This document shows, piece by piece, positions 26,200 to 39,171 of a stretch of 64,000 bases of DNA. The stretch is from Octopus vulgaris. Taxonomy: Eukaryota. The notes under the pieces are model-generated. The model was not told where the DNA came from. It saw nothing but the letters and a program-made list of their open reading frames with translations, and did no database searches. The translations under genes and the position numbers were made by a program. Within the stretch, counting starts at the first letter, position 1. Every line of letters begins with the position of its first letter. The stretch lies in NCBI GenBank assembly GCA_951406725.2, contig OX597817.1, positions 36,332,001-36,396,000 of the forward strand, read 5' to 3'.

Positions 26200-28226
26200 C
26201 TAATTATTCCTTTTCGTCATGCTTTTAAGCTCAGAATGCTGAATCTTCTTTTCCCCCTAGGCATTGCGATCAGTTCTAACAGCACCTCTCCACTTGTTTC
26301 GATCTAGAGCATCATTTTCCCAATCACTTTCGTTCATACCTAGCTTCTTCAGGTTTTTCGTCACACAGTCTTTATACCTTTACCTCGTCTTATGTTATGG
26401 TCGCTTACCAGAGTTGAACTCACCATAAAAAAAGACGCTTTGGCAATCGCTCGTCTTTCATTCTAATATATCCAGTCCATCTCATTTGAACCATGATAAC
26501 ATGTTCAATTGGGCTACAACGTGCCTTGCGCAAAACGTCTGTACGGTTATAAAAGATTCCCACCTGCCTCCTAAGATACGTCTGAGGCACATTTGATGAA
26601 ATCTCTTGAGCATTTTAAGTGGTCCACGTCTCACTCGAATAAAGAAGTGTAGTGAATGCACACACTTTATAGACACTAATTTTTGTCTGCAGGAAAAAAA
26701 CTCTATCCGCTCATACTTGCTTTTCGAGTTTTCCAAATGCAACACTCCCCTTCCCTATTCGATAGTATATCTCTGCATCAAGACCACCATCTCTTGATAG
26801 TGTGCTTCCAAGGTAAACAAAAGCGTCAACGACTTCTAACCTTGTTCCATTCACAAAAATGTTTGTTTCAGAATATGTTTGTTCTGGGACGGGAGTAAAC
26901 ATTACTTTGGTTTTACCCAGACTATTTGTGAGTCCAAAATGCACAGATGTAGAGGAACATTTGTCCGTTAAATGTTGCATATCTCCATCTGAGTGTATAC
27001 AAAAATCAGCAGCATCAGCATAAACTAATTTTCTAACAAGTGTTTTGAAAATCTTTGCATTGCAGTTAAACCGGGTCAAATTAAAAATGCGAATAGATGT
27101 CCGAAATCTGATTCCGATTCCCCTGTTGAAATCCTTGAACTCATACCAATGCAATGCAGCAAAATAGATAGAGAAAAGTGTAGGGACAGGAATATCTCCC
27201 TGTTTGACACCGTTGTCCATCGAAAATTCATGAGATAGCTCACCATTAAAGACTAACTGAGCTTTCATGTTTCTGTGTAGTTCCTTAGAGATGCTCACAA
27301 AATGTGTTGAGCAACCACGTTTACGCAAAACAATCCACAGTGCCTCCCTGTTTACCGTGTCAAATGCCTTAGTTAAATATATGAAGACCTGGTATGGTAG
27401 CATTTATTCCTCTAAGCATTTCTCCTGAACCTGCCTCACAGAAAATATGTTCATTGTTCCTCGCTCAGGTCTGAAACCATACTGTTCTTCAGGAATCACA
27501 TGTGGACACACATTCTCAACGAGACGATCTAACATCATCCTTGAAAATATCTTCCCGGTATGTGACAGGTCAGTAATCCCTCTAGAATTACTACACACTG
27601 CTTTTGAGCCCTTGCCCTAGTATACAAAGATCAGTTTGCCAATCATCCATTCTTGTGGCACAAAAGATTCATTTGGGTTATCAGACTATGAATTTCAGAA
27701 TAAATATGATCCCCACCTGCTTTTAGAATTTCAACTGGAATACCATCCAATTCAGGAGCCTTACCTAATCTCAGTTTACATAATGTCAGGTGTATCATTC
27801 AAGTGTTGCACTGTCTCTCTTTGCGGAATGTTGTTTATGATATCCATGTTCACTACAGACGGATTGTGTTAAAGATCTGCAAAGTGTTCTCTCCATCTAT
27901 TCATTATTCTAGGAGAATTTTTAATAACCTCATTTCCATCTTTTGGCTTCAAGGGAATACATGATGAAGATTGCGATCCGAAAGCTTGCTGCAATAAACT
28001 ATAAGACATTTTAAAGTCTTTCCTGTCATAGGCCGCCTGTACTTCCTCAGACAAATTTTTCCACCAAGTGTCTTTAAGCCTCCCGAGTTCTTTTTGTAAG
28101 TTTGCTTTCTTAGACTCGCACAACTTTTCTAGTTGCACTTTATTCTTAAGGTTTGGGTCAAGAAACTTTTCATGAGGAGACCTCTTTGTTACTAAAAGCT
28201 CATTTATCATTGGAGTCAAACCAGTC
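26200..28226 (-). mobile_element. RTE-clade LINE, 5'-truncated, RT pseudogene
   Basis: PEEQYGFRPERGT, FIYLTKAFDTVNR, GVKQGD..PTLFSIY, YADA (decayed YADD), YLGS; multiple stops. Confidence 0.92.
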
Positions 28227-28379
28227 TCAGTGGTATCTCCTTTTGAAACCTAACATCTCTGGTCCTATTTTATATATTCCATCCCGAATAGATTGCCATG
28301 AACCTTCAAAATGAACTTGATATATATATATATATATATATATATACTTGTGCATGCGTGTACACAAAAAGATATATGC

Positions 28380-28417
<38 letters not shown>

Positions 28418-28420
<3 letters not shown>

Positions 28421-28536
28421 AGATTAATCAGCCGAAATTGCGAGGATGATCCGGTTCTTGACTGAAGATTGAATGCTTCGCGGTTTTTGTATCGTCTTCT
28501 AAATGTTTTGCGTTCTTGTCCCAGTTTGTATTTTTT
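28418..28536 (+). mobile_element. Pseudo-LTR-like repeat family P (permuted hammerhead), truncated copy
   Basis: Homologous to 32720-33060 and 39637-39857; embedded in (TA)n. Confidence 0.75.
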
Positions 28537-28546
28537 ACATATACAT

Positions 28547-28612
<66 letters not shown>

Positions 28613-28619
28613 GTATGTT

Positions 28620-28842
28620 TAAAGAATAGAAAGTTTTGAATGGTACAACAATGCACTAGAATACAAACAATGGGCTATATACCTGTTGTAATTTAGTCAT
28701 CCATAGTTTGATATGATATTTTGGAATAATATTCCTTCTTCAGATATTCCGAAATATCATATCAGACTATGGATGATTAAATTACAACGGGTATATACCC
28801 CATTGTTTGTATTATAGTGCATTCAAAACTTTCTATTCTTTA
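28620..28842. mobile_element. Fold-back pseudo-LTR with hammerhead remnant
   Basis: Arms 28620-28728 and 28745-28842; minus strand ATAT-CTGAAGA-a-GGAATA/TATTCC-AAAA-TA-TC-ATAT, with intact GAAA in the other arm. Confidence 0.7.
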
Positions 28843-28934
28843 CAAACAATACACAATGCTTCCAGAGAACTACAATACTCTCCTACATATATATATATAA
28901 TGTATATATATATATATATATGTATATATAAATA

Positions 28935-28975
<41 letters not shown>

Positions 28976-29980
28976 TAATTATATATATATATATATATAT
29001 ATAAATATATATGTGTGTGTGTGTGTTTGCAGTGTGTGTATATATATATACATACATGCACTCAGTGCTCGACAACTTTATCGTTGAAGTTTCGGCACTT
29101 ATTGTTAATTACATCTGGCTTCCACTGTTGGGTTGTTGCGTATGAATCACAAGGGGTTCTATGCAGCCTGAGGCGGGCTTTAACGTAATATAAAGAGTAC
29201 ATCACTAAAGAGAACATGATTTTGAACGTAATGATCCTTTACATTACCTATTATGCGTTACATGATGTCACTCTCTAAATGCAATCCATTGATGTTTTTC
29301 ATGATTACAGCATGCAATAGGAAGCCGAAGGCTGTCTATATGTAAGTATTTGTATATACAAGAATTTGTTTGGGTTCTTTATATCTATATTGCCTCTGCA
29401 CGTGTTTATGTCTTTTTCTCAGTGTAAAGCCAATATTTTTTTCAAATAGCGGATTTGGTCAATCGAAAAAACATACTCGCTCGACAGAAATAATACTGAG
29501 AGAAGTGGGTGGTGTTCCAGCATGGCCGTCATCTACTGCCTGAAACCGTAAGAGGAATGCAAACATAAAAGAAGGAAGTCAAAGTATTCATTTAAAACTA
29601 TTTATCGAGTTGTTACCTTCACGCTTACTCCAAAGTTTCTTATTTTGGGCTAAGCGTAAAAATCATAAGTCAGCAAGTTTGAATAAAAATAAATTTCTTG
29701 TTTCGGTGTTGTTGTTCTTATTAGCTCTTCCTTCTAAATATACTTAGTATATATTATTTTCGTGAATACTGTTGCTTTATTTAAAATTTTAATTAGTATT
29801 TGTTGCGATAAGATTAATTGCTGTTTAAATATTTCTATTTAAATATTAATGTTTGTATAAACTATTTACGTTAACAGAGATTTATATCAATATTATAATG
29901 TTACAAATGTGACTATAAATTTTGTTTTAGCTAAAAGTGTATTTATGGTCCGAGAAGTGCAAACACCTTGTCTTTATGTA

Positions 29981-30859
29981 CGAGGTGATATCAAAAAGTT
30001 CCTGGACTAGCTCTCTAGCGCGCCAATAGATGGCAGCACACGCTTGCATACGCAGTGTGAGCTAGGAGTGACCTTCACGAGGCAATGCGTCGCTGCATTT
30101 AATTCGCAAGTTATCAAATTTGCGTTTTTGTGTTTAGGTGTATTCTGTAGTCTGCGATTTTGTCCTGGAGAGGAACAGGGAACCAACGTAAAATTTTACG
30201 GTAAACTTGAGAGGTCTCCTACAGAGACATTGAGCATTCTGTAGCAAGCTTACGGCGTCGAGGCAATGGATCACACGCAATGTTTCGAGTAACATAGGTG
30301 CTTCATAAGTAGAAGAATATCCAGACGAGCGATCTGAAAGACTTGCTGCGAGGGTCACCCCCGGAAATGTGGTATTGTGTATCGAGAACTCGTCTCCCAG
30401 GGTGAGATCGTCAACGGAGAGTTCTTCTGCGACGTTTTTGAAGCATTTGAGGCAGGACATTCGGAAAAAGCGACCGGATCTGTAGAGCCCGAAGAATTGG
30501 ATTCTTCACCGAGCTCTCCTCACTCGTGAGTTTCTCGCTAAAAATACATGGTATCACTTCCGCACCCACCCTATTCGCCATATTTAGCACCTGCAGACTT
30601 CCATCTCTCCCCCAAGATGAAAATGCATCTCAACTGTCACCGTTTTAAAACTGTTGTCGCGACCCAGAGCTAATCTCAGAAGTTCCTCGACTCACGGAAA
30701 ATGACTTCCAGGCCGGATTCCAAAAGTGACAGGAATACTAGGACCGGTGTATTGCTGAGCAAGGTGACCATTTCGAAGGAAATGGTGTAAAAACTGAGGT
30801 AATTAAGTGATTTTTATTATTAGATATAACTAGTATGTGAACCGTTTGATACCACCTCG
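29981..30859 (+). mobile_element. Mariner (irritans-like), internally deleted
   Basis: TA-flanked TIRs CGAGGTG(A/G)TATCAAA..ACTAG; EQGTNVKF.GKL..S.TETL, LRQDIRKKRPDL, HPPYSPYLAPADF. Confidence 0.92.
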
Positions 30860-31465
30860 TATGATATATTCGAGAACTGTAAATGTGGAATAATCCAGTC
30901 GAGTTTCATCTCTATATAGAGTTTTCATTAATTATTATATAGAGTCTTTAACTGTCCACATATACGCGGATTATAATTTCATTTTTGCATTTATAACGAG
31001 ATCCAGGCAACAACTTCATTGAACAAGCTGCTACTGCATCGATAATTTATATTTAGACCCTAATATCCAATATTCTCTGTCAATGTAAATAATACATACA
31101 AAGAGAAGGTGTGTGCATTTGTCTATACATGCAATAACGGCAACACATCTATCAATATATTCCATAAAAGAGTATATCACAATTTTATATAGATATATTT
31201 GCCATTCATTTCGGAGGTCCTCACAAACACAACTGAAGCAAATTAAATTTTTCGGCTAAAAATATCTGAAAATATCTAGCGCCAAGTAATATCGGTTTAA
31301 TTTGTACATGTATAATTAATAGAGCACATGTGCCATTTACACCGTCGTATACGATTTCTAAGGACAATTTATTTCAAGATACGTTCCTAGCGATATTGTT
31401 CTGACAATTTGTTTCGTGATTTTGATGTGTGGTTGCCTATTTTACAGTATATAAATCCATGTATG

Positions 31466-31516
<51 letters not shown>

Positions 31517-31552
31517 CTACTTACATATACACATATATACATATATACATAC

Positions 31553-31587
<35 letters not shown>

Positions 31588-31732
31588 AATACATGCATAT
31601 ATATACATAAATATACATACATATATATACATATTTATATATACTGATTTCACAATTTTATATAGATATATTTATATATATTGGAGCAATATATATATAT
31701 ATACCTATGTATACATACATATGCATACATAG

Positions 31733-31799
<67 letters not shown>

Positions 31800-31804
<5 letters not shown>

Positions 31805-32203
31805 TCAAAGTGTACGTACAACGCTATATTTATTTATATATATTTAAAAATAGACGAAGCTTCCTAATTTTTTGCATACTTCATTATTTTGGATATATTT
31901 CCCATTTTCATAAGTTTTTTTTTTAGAAATTAAGCGTCATTTTCTTGGAAAGGTGCGCTTCTTATCAAGCGCCGAAAATTGTCAGCATCCCGTTGCTTAG
32001 ACGTGGTGGGTTCAAATCCCAGGCGAATTGAGAGTAGCCTATTTATGTTGGGGCGCGGAATGCCGAGGAAAAATTATTAGAAAACGCGTCTGAAGTCAAA
32101 GAGAGTGCACGTGTCAAATTTGATGAAATTCGGTTAAAAATTGTAGAAGTAGAAGTGGATCACACAACACATAGACATACAACTTGCCTTTTAATATATA
32201 AGA
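31800..32203 (-). mobile_element. Probable non-autonomous Helitron, 5' part
   Basis: Minus-strand start ATCTTATATATTAAAAGGCAAGTTGTATGTCTATG is typical of Helitron 5' ends; 3' end not found. Confidence 0.45.
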
Positions 32204-32719
32204 TAGATGACCATCATTTCAGCCTACATCTGCACTGCTCCCTAGTAGGTGGGGGCGATATAATGAAATCAAATGCACTCCACAGTGCAGAAGAAACCTC
32301 ATCAGGGTGCTTGATGCGTTACATTGTTATATGTACATTTCGATATGCTGTGTGGTAGGATGGTGATGGTACAACGCATAAGTTTATAATAGTTCACAGA
32401 TCCATTAATGAGGCCGGATGTTTGGTATGTATTCAGAGAGTGATAGGTGAAGAAAGCAAAATAACAAATACAAAATAAATGGGAAGGTCAGAATAGGTTC
32501 TAATGTTTATAGAGTCCTTTGATGGCTGGTAATGCATATTATTCGTGACAACGTGGACACATAGAAACGAACAGTCATAGATAAATATTTCTTCTCTCCC
32601 TCTGCCTCTACCTCTCTCTATTCTCTCCCCACGTGACCGGTGTTCGACCAAGCCTAACCTTTCTTGGTTCGGCCGCCGTCCGTGCAACATCTATATTCCT
32701 CCTTGTGCCTGTGAAATCC

Positions 32720-33060
32720 TGTATCTCTGCCGTAAGGCTTTATTTCCACACACGCCAGCTTAATTTAATTCGTCTTTAGTCGAAAGACACCTGTTGTTAT
32801 GTCCTGTTATTTGTATTTCCGTAACATTCTCCGTTTTTTCCCGTCCTTGTTTTCGTATATATTCGTTGCTTTCTTCGAAGGAATTTAATGCTCTTAGCTT
32901 AGTTTTTCTTTGGGTCTGGCCAGATTGGAGCAATATCGAGTATAACCAGCCGAAATTGCAAAGATAATCTGGAATTCGACTGAAGAAAGAAAACTCCGAA
33001 TGAGCCGTCCTTGTATCGTCTAACTGGATGTTTTGTGTTCTTGTCCCATTTTGCATTTTT
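32720..33060 (+). mobile_element. Pseudo-LTR-like repeat family P (permuted hammerhead)
   Basis: Longest of three copies; ends at (TA)n. Confidence 0.75.
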
Positions 33061-33061
33061 C

Positions 33062-33124
<63 letters not shown>

Positions 33125-33511
33125 CATACATGCATACATACATACATACACACATACATGTATACACATATTTATCTTTTAAATTTATTTACGGGAAATG
33201 TTTTGAATATGCAAATAAAGCTCCTATTCCATTATGCCGGACGGAGTCTAAAGGTGATGACGGTCTTAACCAGTTGTTGTGGTTGTACCGAGCTGCTTCG
33301 ATATAATGTTGGATAAATATAGTAATAATAACAATAATCCTTCGCTCCAACTTTCGCACTGCTTATAAGCGATAACCGCTCCTCTATTAAAAATCCATTA
33401 ATGTTATATCGCCTGAAGAAATGAATCCATGATGATTTACCCGATGCCCACAGATACTACTATAATCATCCTAGGAATACGGACTATGACAATAAGAGAC
33501 ATGTGATATGT

Positions 33512-33560
33512 CCAGCACTGAAGATGAGCACAAATAGCTCGAAACCGGAAAGTCTGACGG
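33512..33560 (+). ncRNA. Type I hammerhead-like motif
   Basis: CCAGCA-CTGAAGA-t-GAGC/GCTC-GAAAC..GTC-TGACGG; stem I partly mismatched. Confidence 0.6.
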
Positions 33561-34151
33561 TCCCGTCGCTAGAAGATAGTGGGGGTTCGCTCCCCTCCTT
33601 GCAAAATGTATTGGATGCAGGTTGCATCGATAAGCAGCTAGAGTAGGCGTCATCTTAGGATTTAAAACAGTTGTAATTGAACAACTATGTTGAGGTGGCG
33701 ATAAAATATCAAAATCTTCCAATTAATGTTTTGTTTATCAATATCAAGAGCTCCTCTGTTAAGGTTATGAAATAATTTTTGCATGTATGATAATAAAATT
33801 TGCTATCATTCTCAGTTACTGTTTTGAATTGTATTGCGAAAAATACTCAAATACTTAAGATTGTAACATTATATATAATTTCATGATGACCACAAGTTAC
33901 ATATAAAATCATGATCGTAAAAACTCTATGTTTATTCTTCGACTCGGCAACATGTGTTTCTTTTCAGTGCACAAACTGTGCTTTCTATTTCTTGTTTAAA
34001 ATTTTCTAATGCATTTAGAATTCCTTACTTGAGCCAACATACATGAAAAAAATAAGATTTCCATTTTTAATTTCTTAACACTCCTGCTATTTCAGTTATC
34101 GTGCTTTAATAGAATTAATACATCAAGATATTTTCAAAACAAGTACATATA

Positions 34152-34580
34152 CTCTTTACTCTTTTTTTAGTCTTTTACTTGTTTCAGTCATTTGACTGCG
34201 GCCATGCTGGAGCACCGCCTTTAGTCCAGCAAATCAACCCCGGGACTTATTCTTTGTAAGCCCAATACTTATTCTATCGGTCTCTTTTGCCGAACCGCTA
34301 AGTGACGGGGACGTAAACACACCATCATCGGTTGTCAAGCAATGCTAGGGGGACAAACACACACACACACAAACACACACACATGCATACACATATATAC
34401 ATATATATACATATATACGACAGGCTTCTTTCAGTTTCCGTCTACCAAATCCACTCACAAGACATTGGTCGGCCCGGGGCTATAGCAGAAGACACTTGCC
34501 CAAGATGCCACGCAGTGGGACTGAACCCAGAACCATGTGGTTGGTTAGCAAGCTACTTACCACACAGCCACTCCTGCGCC
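34152..34580 (-). mobile_element. SINE family A, full length
   Basis: tRNA head, internal TA/TG microsatellite, tail ending in (AGAGTAA)-like repeats. Confidence 0.92.
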
Positions 34581-35437
34581 ATATATTAATATTGCTCATA
34601 TATAACTCTGTTAACTGATACAATACAACGAAGGCGCTTATGAATTTTTTATCAGTATACTCTTTCATTATTACAGACCATCCCTGATGTTCCATCTCAA
34701 CATCAAAATATTTGTCAAGAGACTAAAGCTAGCCCTCAATGTTTTTTTTATTAGTAGATATTTAGCGATACATTAATCTTATAATCATATTATCATCGGT
34801 GAAGCAGTGATCATTTCCATCGCAATGTCAGAATTCAATTCATATCTTGAAGCATAAAAGCTATTAATTGATCTACATTGCTATATTTTCACAAATAACC
34901 AAGGAATAATATTCAAATGTCGAAGTATTTTGTCTCAATCATAATGCTATGTTGTCAAAAAATTCATCAAACTCTATTTACAGGATACATTGATATAATT
35001 TATTTGCTAAGAACAACATATCAGCTGTTACTTGCACACGTCCTTTCCCAGATTTGTATTCAAAATACATTTTATGTTGAGTAACATTCTGATTTATGAT
35101 ATAATTGATATATACATTATTATTAGTTATTTTAGAGATTTCTGCATTTCAGTCGCCTGTTTCTTTAATAAAGCTTCCATTTCTATTTCATATCTTTCAT
35201 ATATGGGAAATAATTATGTATTTGGTAACCACAATGGCTGGAATTTTTTGCAACAGTAACAGATTCTAAATATTTTATAACATATAAAGACAGGCTGCAA
35301 GTCTTTTAGAAATTACAGCCTTTTTGATTGTAATTTCTCTTTTTTCTACATCAATTATCATCGTATTGTGGTAACATTTTTCTAAGTAAAACTATAAACA
35401 TTAACTGAAGAAAGAGCTCACTACAAAAGTGTATTCA

Positions 35438-35443
35438 TATCTG

Positions 35444-35536
<93 letters not shown>

Positions 35537-35725
35537 TTATGTATCTATGTATCTATCTATGAATCTATCTAACTATCTATCTTTCTATCTATTTATGTAT
35601 GTATGTATGTATGTATGTATCTATCTATCTATCTCTCTATCTATCTCTCTGTCTATGTATTTATGTATCTATGTATCTATCTATGAATCTATCTAACTAT
35701 CTATCTTTCTATCTATTTATCTATG

Positions 35726-35794
<69 letters not shown>

Positions 35795-35885
35795 CTCTAT
35801 CTATCTCTCTGTCTATGTATTTATGTATCTATGTATCTATCTATGAATCTATCTAACTATCTATCTTTCTATCTATTTATCTATG

Positions 35886-35973
<88 letters not shown>
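35438..35973. repeat. (TATC)n with three higher-order copies of a variant block
   Basis: TATTTATGTATCTATGTATCTATCTATGAATCTATCTAACTATC occurs three times. Confidence 0.95.
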
Positions 35974-36132
35974 AACTGATAGATAGATAGATATTTATAT
36001 ATCAAGTCTCTCAGTTCCCACCACGTACACATACAAATATTTATGTATGTAAATATATGTGCGCACGCGCGCGTGTATGCGCGTGTGTGTTGCATGTATA
36101 GCAATTTGTCATTAATACGAGCCATCTTAAAT

Positions 36133-36620
36133 GCAGCGAGCTGACAGAATCATAAGCACGCTGGGCGAAATGCTTAGCGGTATTTCGTCTGCCGTTACGT
36201 TCTGAGTTCAAATTCTGCCGAGGTCGACTTTGCCTTTCATTCTTTCGGGGTCGATTAAATAAGTACCAGTTACGCACTGGGGTCGATATAATCGACTTAA
36301 TCCGTTTGTTTGTCCTTGTTTGTCCTCTCTGTGTTTAGCCCTTTGTGGGTTGTAAAGAAATAAGTATTTCGTGTATCTTTACGTTCTGAGTTTAAGTTCC
36401 GCCGAGGTCGCCTTTGCCTTTCATCTTTTCGGGATCGATAAATTAGGTACCAGTTGCATACTGGGGTCGATTTAATCGACTGGGCCCCCTCTCCAAAAAT
36501 TTCGGGCTTTGTGCCTAGAGTACAAAAGAATCGTTAGCAGGTCGGGCAAAATACTTAGCAGCACTTCTTTCATTACGTTCTGAGTTCATATTTTGCCGAG
36601 GTCGACGTTAAATTTCATCC
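36133..36620 (+). mobile_element. SINE family B multimer with a divergent second tail
   Basis: Unit 1 has the standard tail, unit 2 ends in GTGCCTAGAGTACAAAAGAA, then a third partial unit. Confidence 0.8.
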
Positions 36621-37137
36621 GAAAAGTGCTGACCTTGTTTTCAAAATTTGAAGCCAATAAAACCTTCAAAACTTTAGTGCATGGTTTCAAATACTACGAA
36701 ATGTAGGACAGAATATCTTTTCTTCAATTCTTTCAGATTTTAGTTCGCTTTTACATGTACAAATCAAGTTGGAATCTCTTAAAACGGGCTGTAATTTTTC
36801 ACAATGCTGAGATTTCTAACTTTTATAAAATTTAATACTCCAAAAGCCTGAGTATTTTGGGTATTTAGAGAAATTTAAATGAGAAAGAGTGAAGGAATAC
36901 ATTAATGTCTAACTTCCGTTGAATTTGAAACTTTGGAGATGTAAGCTTTTGAATAAGGAGTTTTAAATATAACTGCGTATATACAGTTTATATTTCGTGT
37001 GAAATGTTGTGGTTCCTGATATTAGCAGAACAATAATAAACATGGTTATATTTATATATGCATACGCGCGCTCACTCACTCACACGCACATACACACGCA
37101 CACACAGTGAACTAAACCGCCATATTCTATATATATA

Positions 37138-37168
<31 letters not shown>

Positions 37169-37364
37169 AGGTATGTATATCCGACGAAGAGCTATTCTCA
37201 GAACTTCACCTATAGTTTTCCATCAAACATTTTCATTGTGGATCAATCTAATATATTGTCTCTGTACGTCCAATTGACTTATATTGTTTTTTTCCGGTTT
37301 TTCATTTTTACCTTGCCTATACACATACACACACATACGCATACACACACACATATATATATAT

Positions 37365-37520
37365 GGTGAAATGGGTAAGTTGTCACCATTTCATACTTTT
37401 TATTTTGCGCATGTACATTGTTTTTAAATTTTGTCGACTACACAATATAGTAGGCTCAGTTGGGCACCGTCTATGAGAAAACCAGCACCATGACGCAATT
37501 CACTCTGTCAGAAAATGGTA
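37365..37520 (+). mobile_element. Possible Tc1/mariner 5' end fragment
   Basis: TA-preceded TIR-like TGGTGAAATGGGTAAGTTGTCACC followed by ATGACGCAATTC; no partner end seen. Confidence 0.3.
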
Positions 37521-37539
37521 TCACTAAGTTAACATAGTA

Positions 37540-38066
37540 GCTGTCGTTACCGATGTTGCTAACTATTCAACAATTTCTGAATTCGCTTCAGTTCCCCGTT
37601 GTCCATTCACAGAATCTGCAACTGCGAGCAGGCATATCTATTACATTACTATAGCAGAACTCTGAAATTATGAAAGATTATCTGCAAAAATTCTTATGCT
37701 TGTACAAAAAGAGGTGGTTTCGTTCCATGTATTCTCCTTATTCCATCAGATATGTTTTTCCGATTCAAGCGTCTTCAGTTTCCAGTGTTACTACTTTTTA
37801 CTATGGAAAACAATATCCTTTGGCGATAGCCATTCAGGTTGTTGGAATTCAATTGACAAGTCCATGCTTTAATACTGTAAAGCTGTAAAATCACATTTTC
37901 AAAAGAGTTGACATCCTTTCTTCATTCATTGGAGTGCCAAATGCAGTGGAGGAAATGTCGACGAGGCGCTTCTTAAAACTTAATGCAAAGTAAATCTAAC
38001 AAAAATAAAAATTAAAATGTTTCTACGCACTCGGCACTCGGACAACGTCGGGTACAGTTAGCTAAT
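37540..38066 (+). mobile_element. Helitron 3' remnant (PIF1-like helicase C-terminus)
   Basis: QFLNSL, LQLRAGISITLL, FVPCILLIPSDMFFRFKRLQFPV, QVVGIQLTSPCF; 3' hairpin CTCGGACAACGTCGGG then GCTAAT. Confidence 0.8.
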
Positions 38067-38468
38067 TATATTGTAAATTATTTAGATCCGTCAATACTTC
38101 TAATTATAGAAAATGCGGTCGTTTGTGACAAAATATACAATATATTCTATAAAATATTCTGGACACGTTTAGGTTTCATATTTCAGTTTTCATATTTAAA
38201 AATTGAAAATTAAACCAAGCAATAAATCGATAAACATGTGTAGACGAATATTATTAATCATTAAATGAAATTCTTTAATTTATAAGTTTCAAAGACATTC
38301 AGAACTCTTGGGAGATAAAACTTCATGAATATTCAGGTATATGTAGTTAGGCTATATCACCTTCTTTTCATAATAAAAAAAAATACATAGTTTGTTGTGC
38401 AAGCTTCAGATAGCATAGTCATAGAATAGGCTTCTAAATAAATAAATTTTAGTCAACACATCAGCATA

Positions 38469-38546
<78 letters not shown>

Positions 38547-38562
38547 TGTGTGTGTGTGTGTA

Positions 38563-38859
38563 GGCGCAGGCGTGGCTGTGTGGTAAGAAGCTTGCGTCCC
38601 AACCGTATGGTTCCAGGTGCAGTCCTGTTGTGTTGACGCCCCCAGACGATGAAGCAGGCTAGCCCGATACGTAGATATAGAGGAAGAAGTCTAGACGTCA
38701 AGGTAGACTGGAGTAGAGAGAAGAGAGTAGTAGAGGCATCCTAACGTGCGACATAACAAGTCCCTTGTGTGGAACCTTGGGCAAGTTTCTTCTATTATAT
38801 TCACGGGCGGACCAACGTCTTGTAAGTAGATGTATTAGACGGAAACGGAAAGAACCCCG

Positions 38860-38900
<41 letters not shown>

Positions 38901-39125
38901 GTGTGTGTGTGTATCTGTGTTTGTTCCTACACCATCGCTTGACAACCGATGTTGGTGTGTTAAGTCCCCGAAACTTAGCGTTCGGCAAAAGGGACGATAA
39001 AATAAGTATTACACGTACAAACAAAGAATAACTCCTGAAGTCGATTTCTACGAATAAAAAATCGTTAAAGGCGCTGCTCCAACATGACTACAGTCAAATG
39101 ACTTAAACACGTATTAGATTAAAAG
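38563..39125 (+). mobile_element. SINE family A interrupted by a solo LTR
   Basis: Head and tail match family A; insertion at the B box. Confidence 0.85.
38626..38758. mobile_element. 133-bp solo LTR-like insertion
   Basis: TGTTGTGTTG...CGACATAACA termini; 5-bp TSD AGTCC (38621-38625, 38759-38763). Confidence 0.75.
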
Positions 39126-39171
39126 TAAATGAATATAAATAAATACAAACACACAGATATATAGGTATATC

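Noticed and set aside
26711-27403. 230-aa RT ORF as a functional gene
   Set aside because: YADD is mutated to YADA and the ORF is flanked by stops and frameshifts; dead LINE
32545-32689. Possible second solo LTR ending in GTGCAACA
   Set aside because: No matching 5' TG terminus or TSD identified
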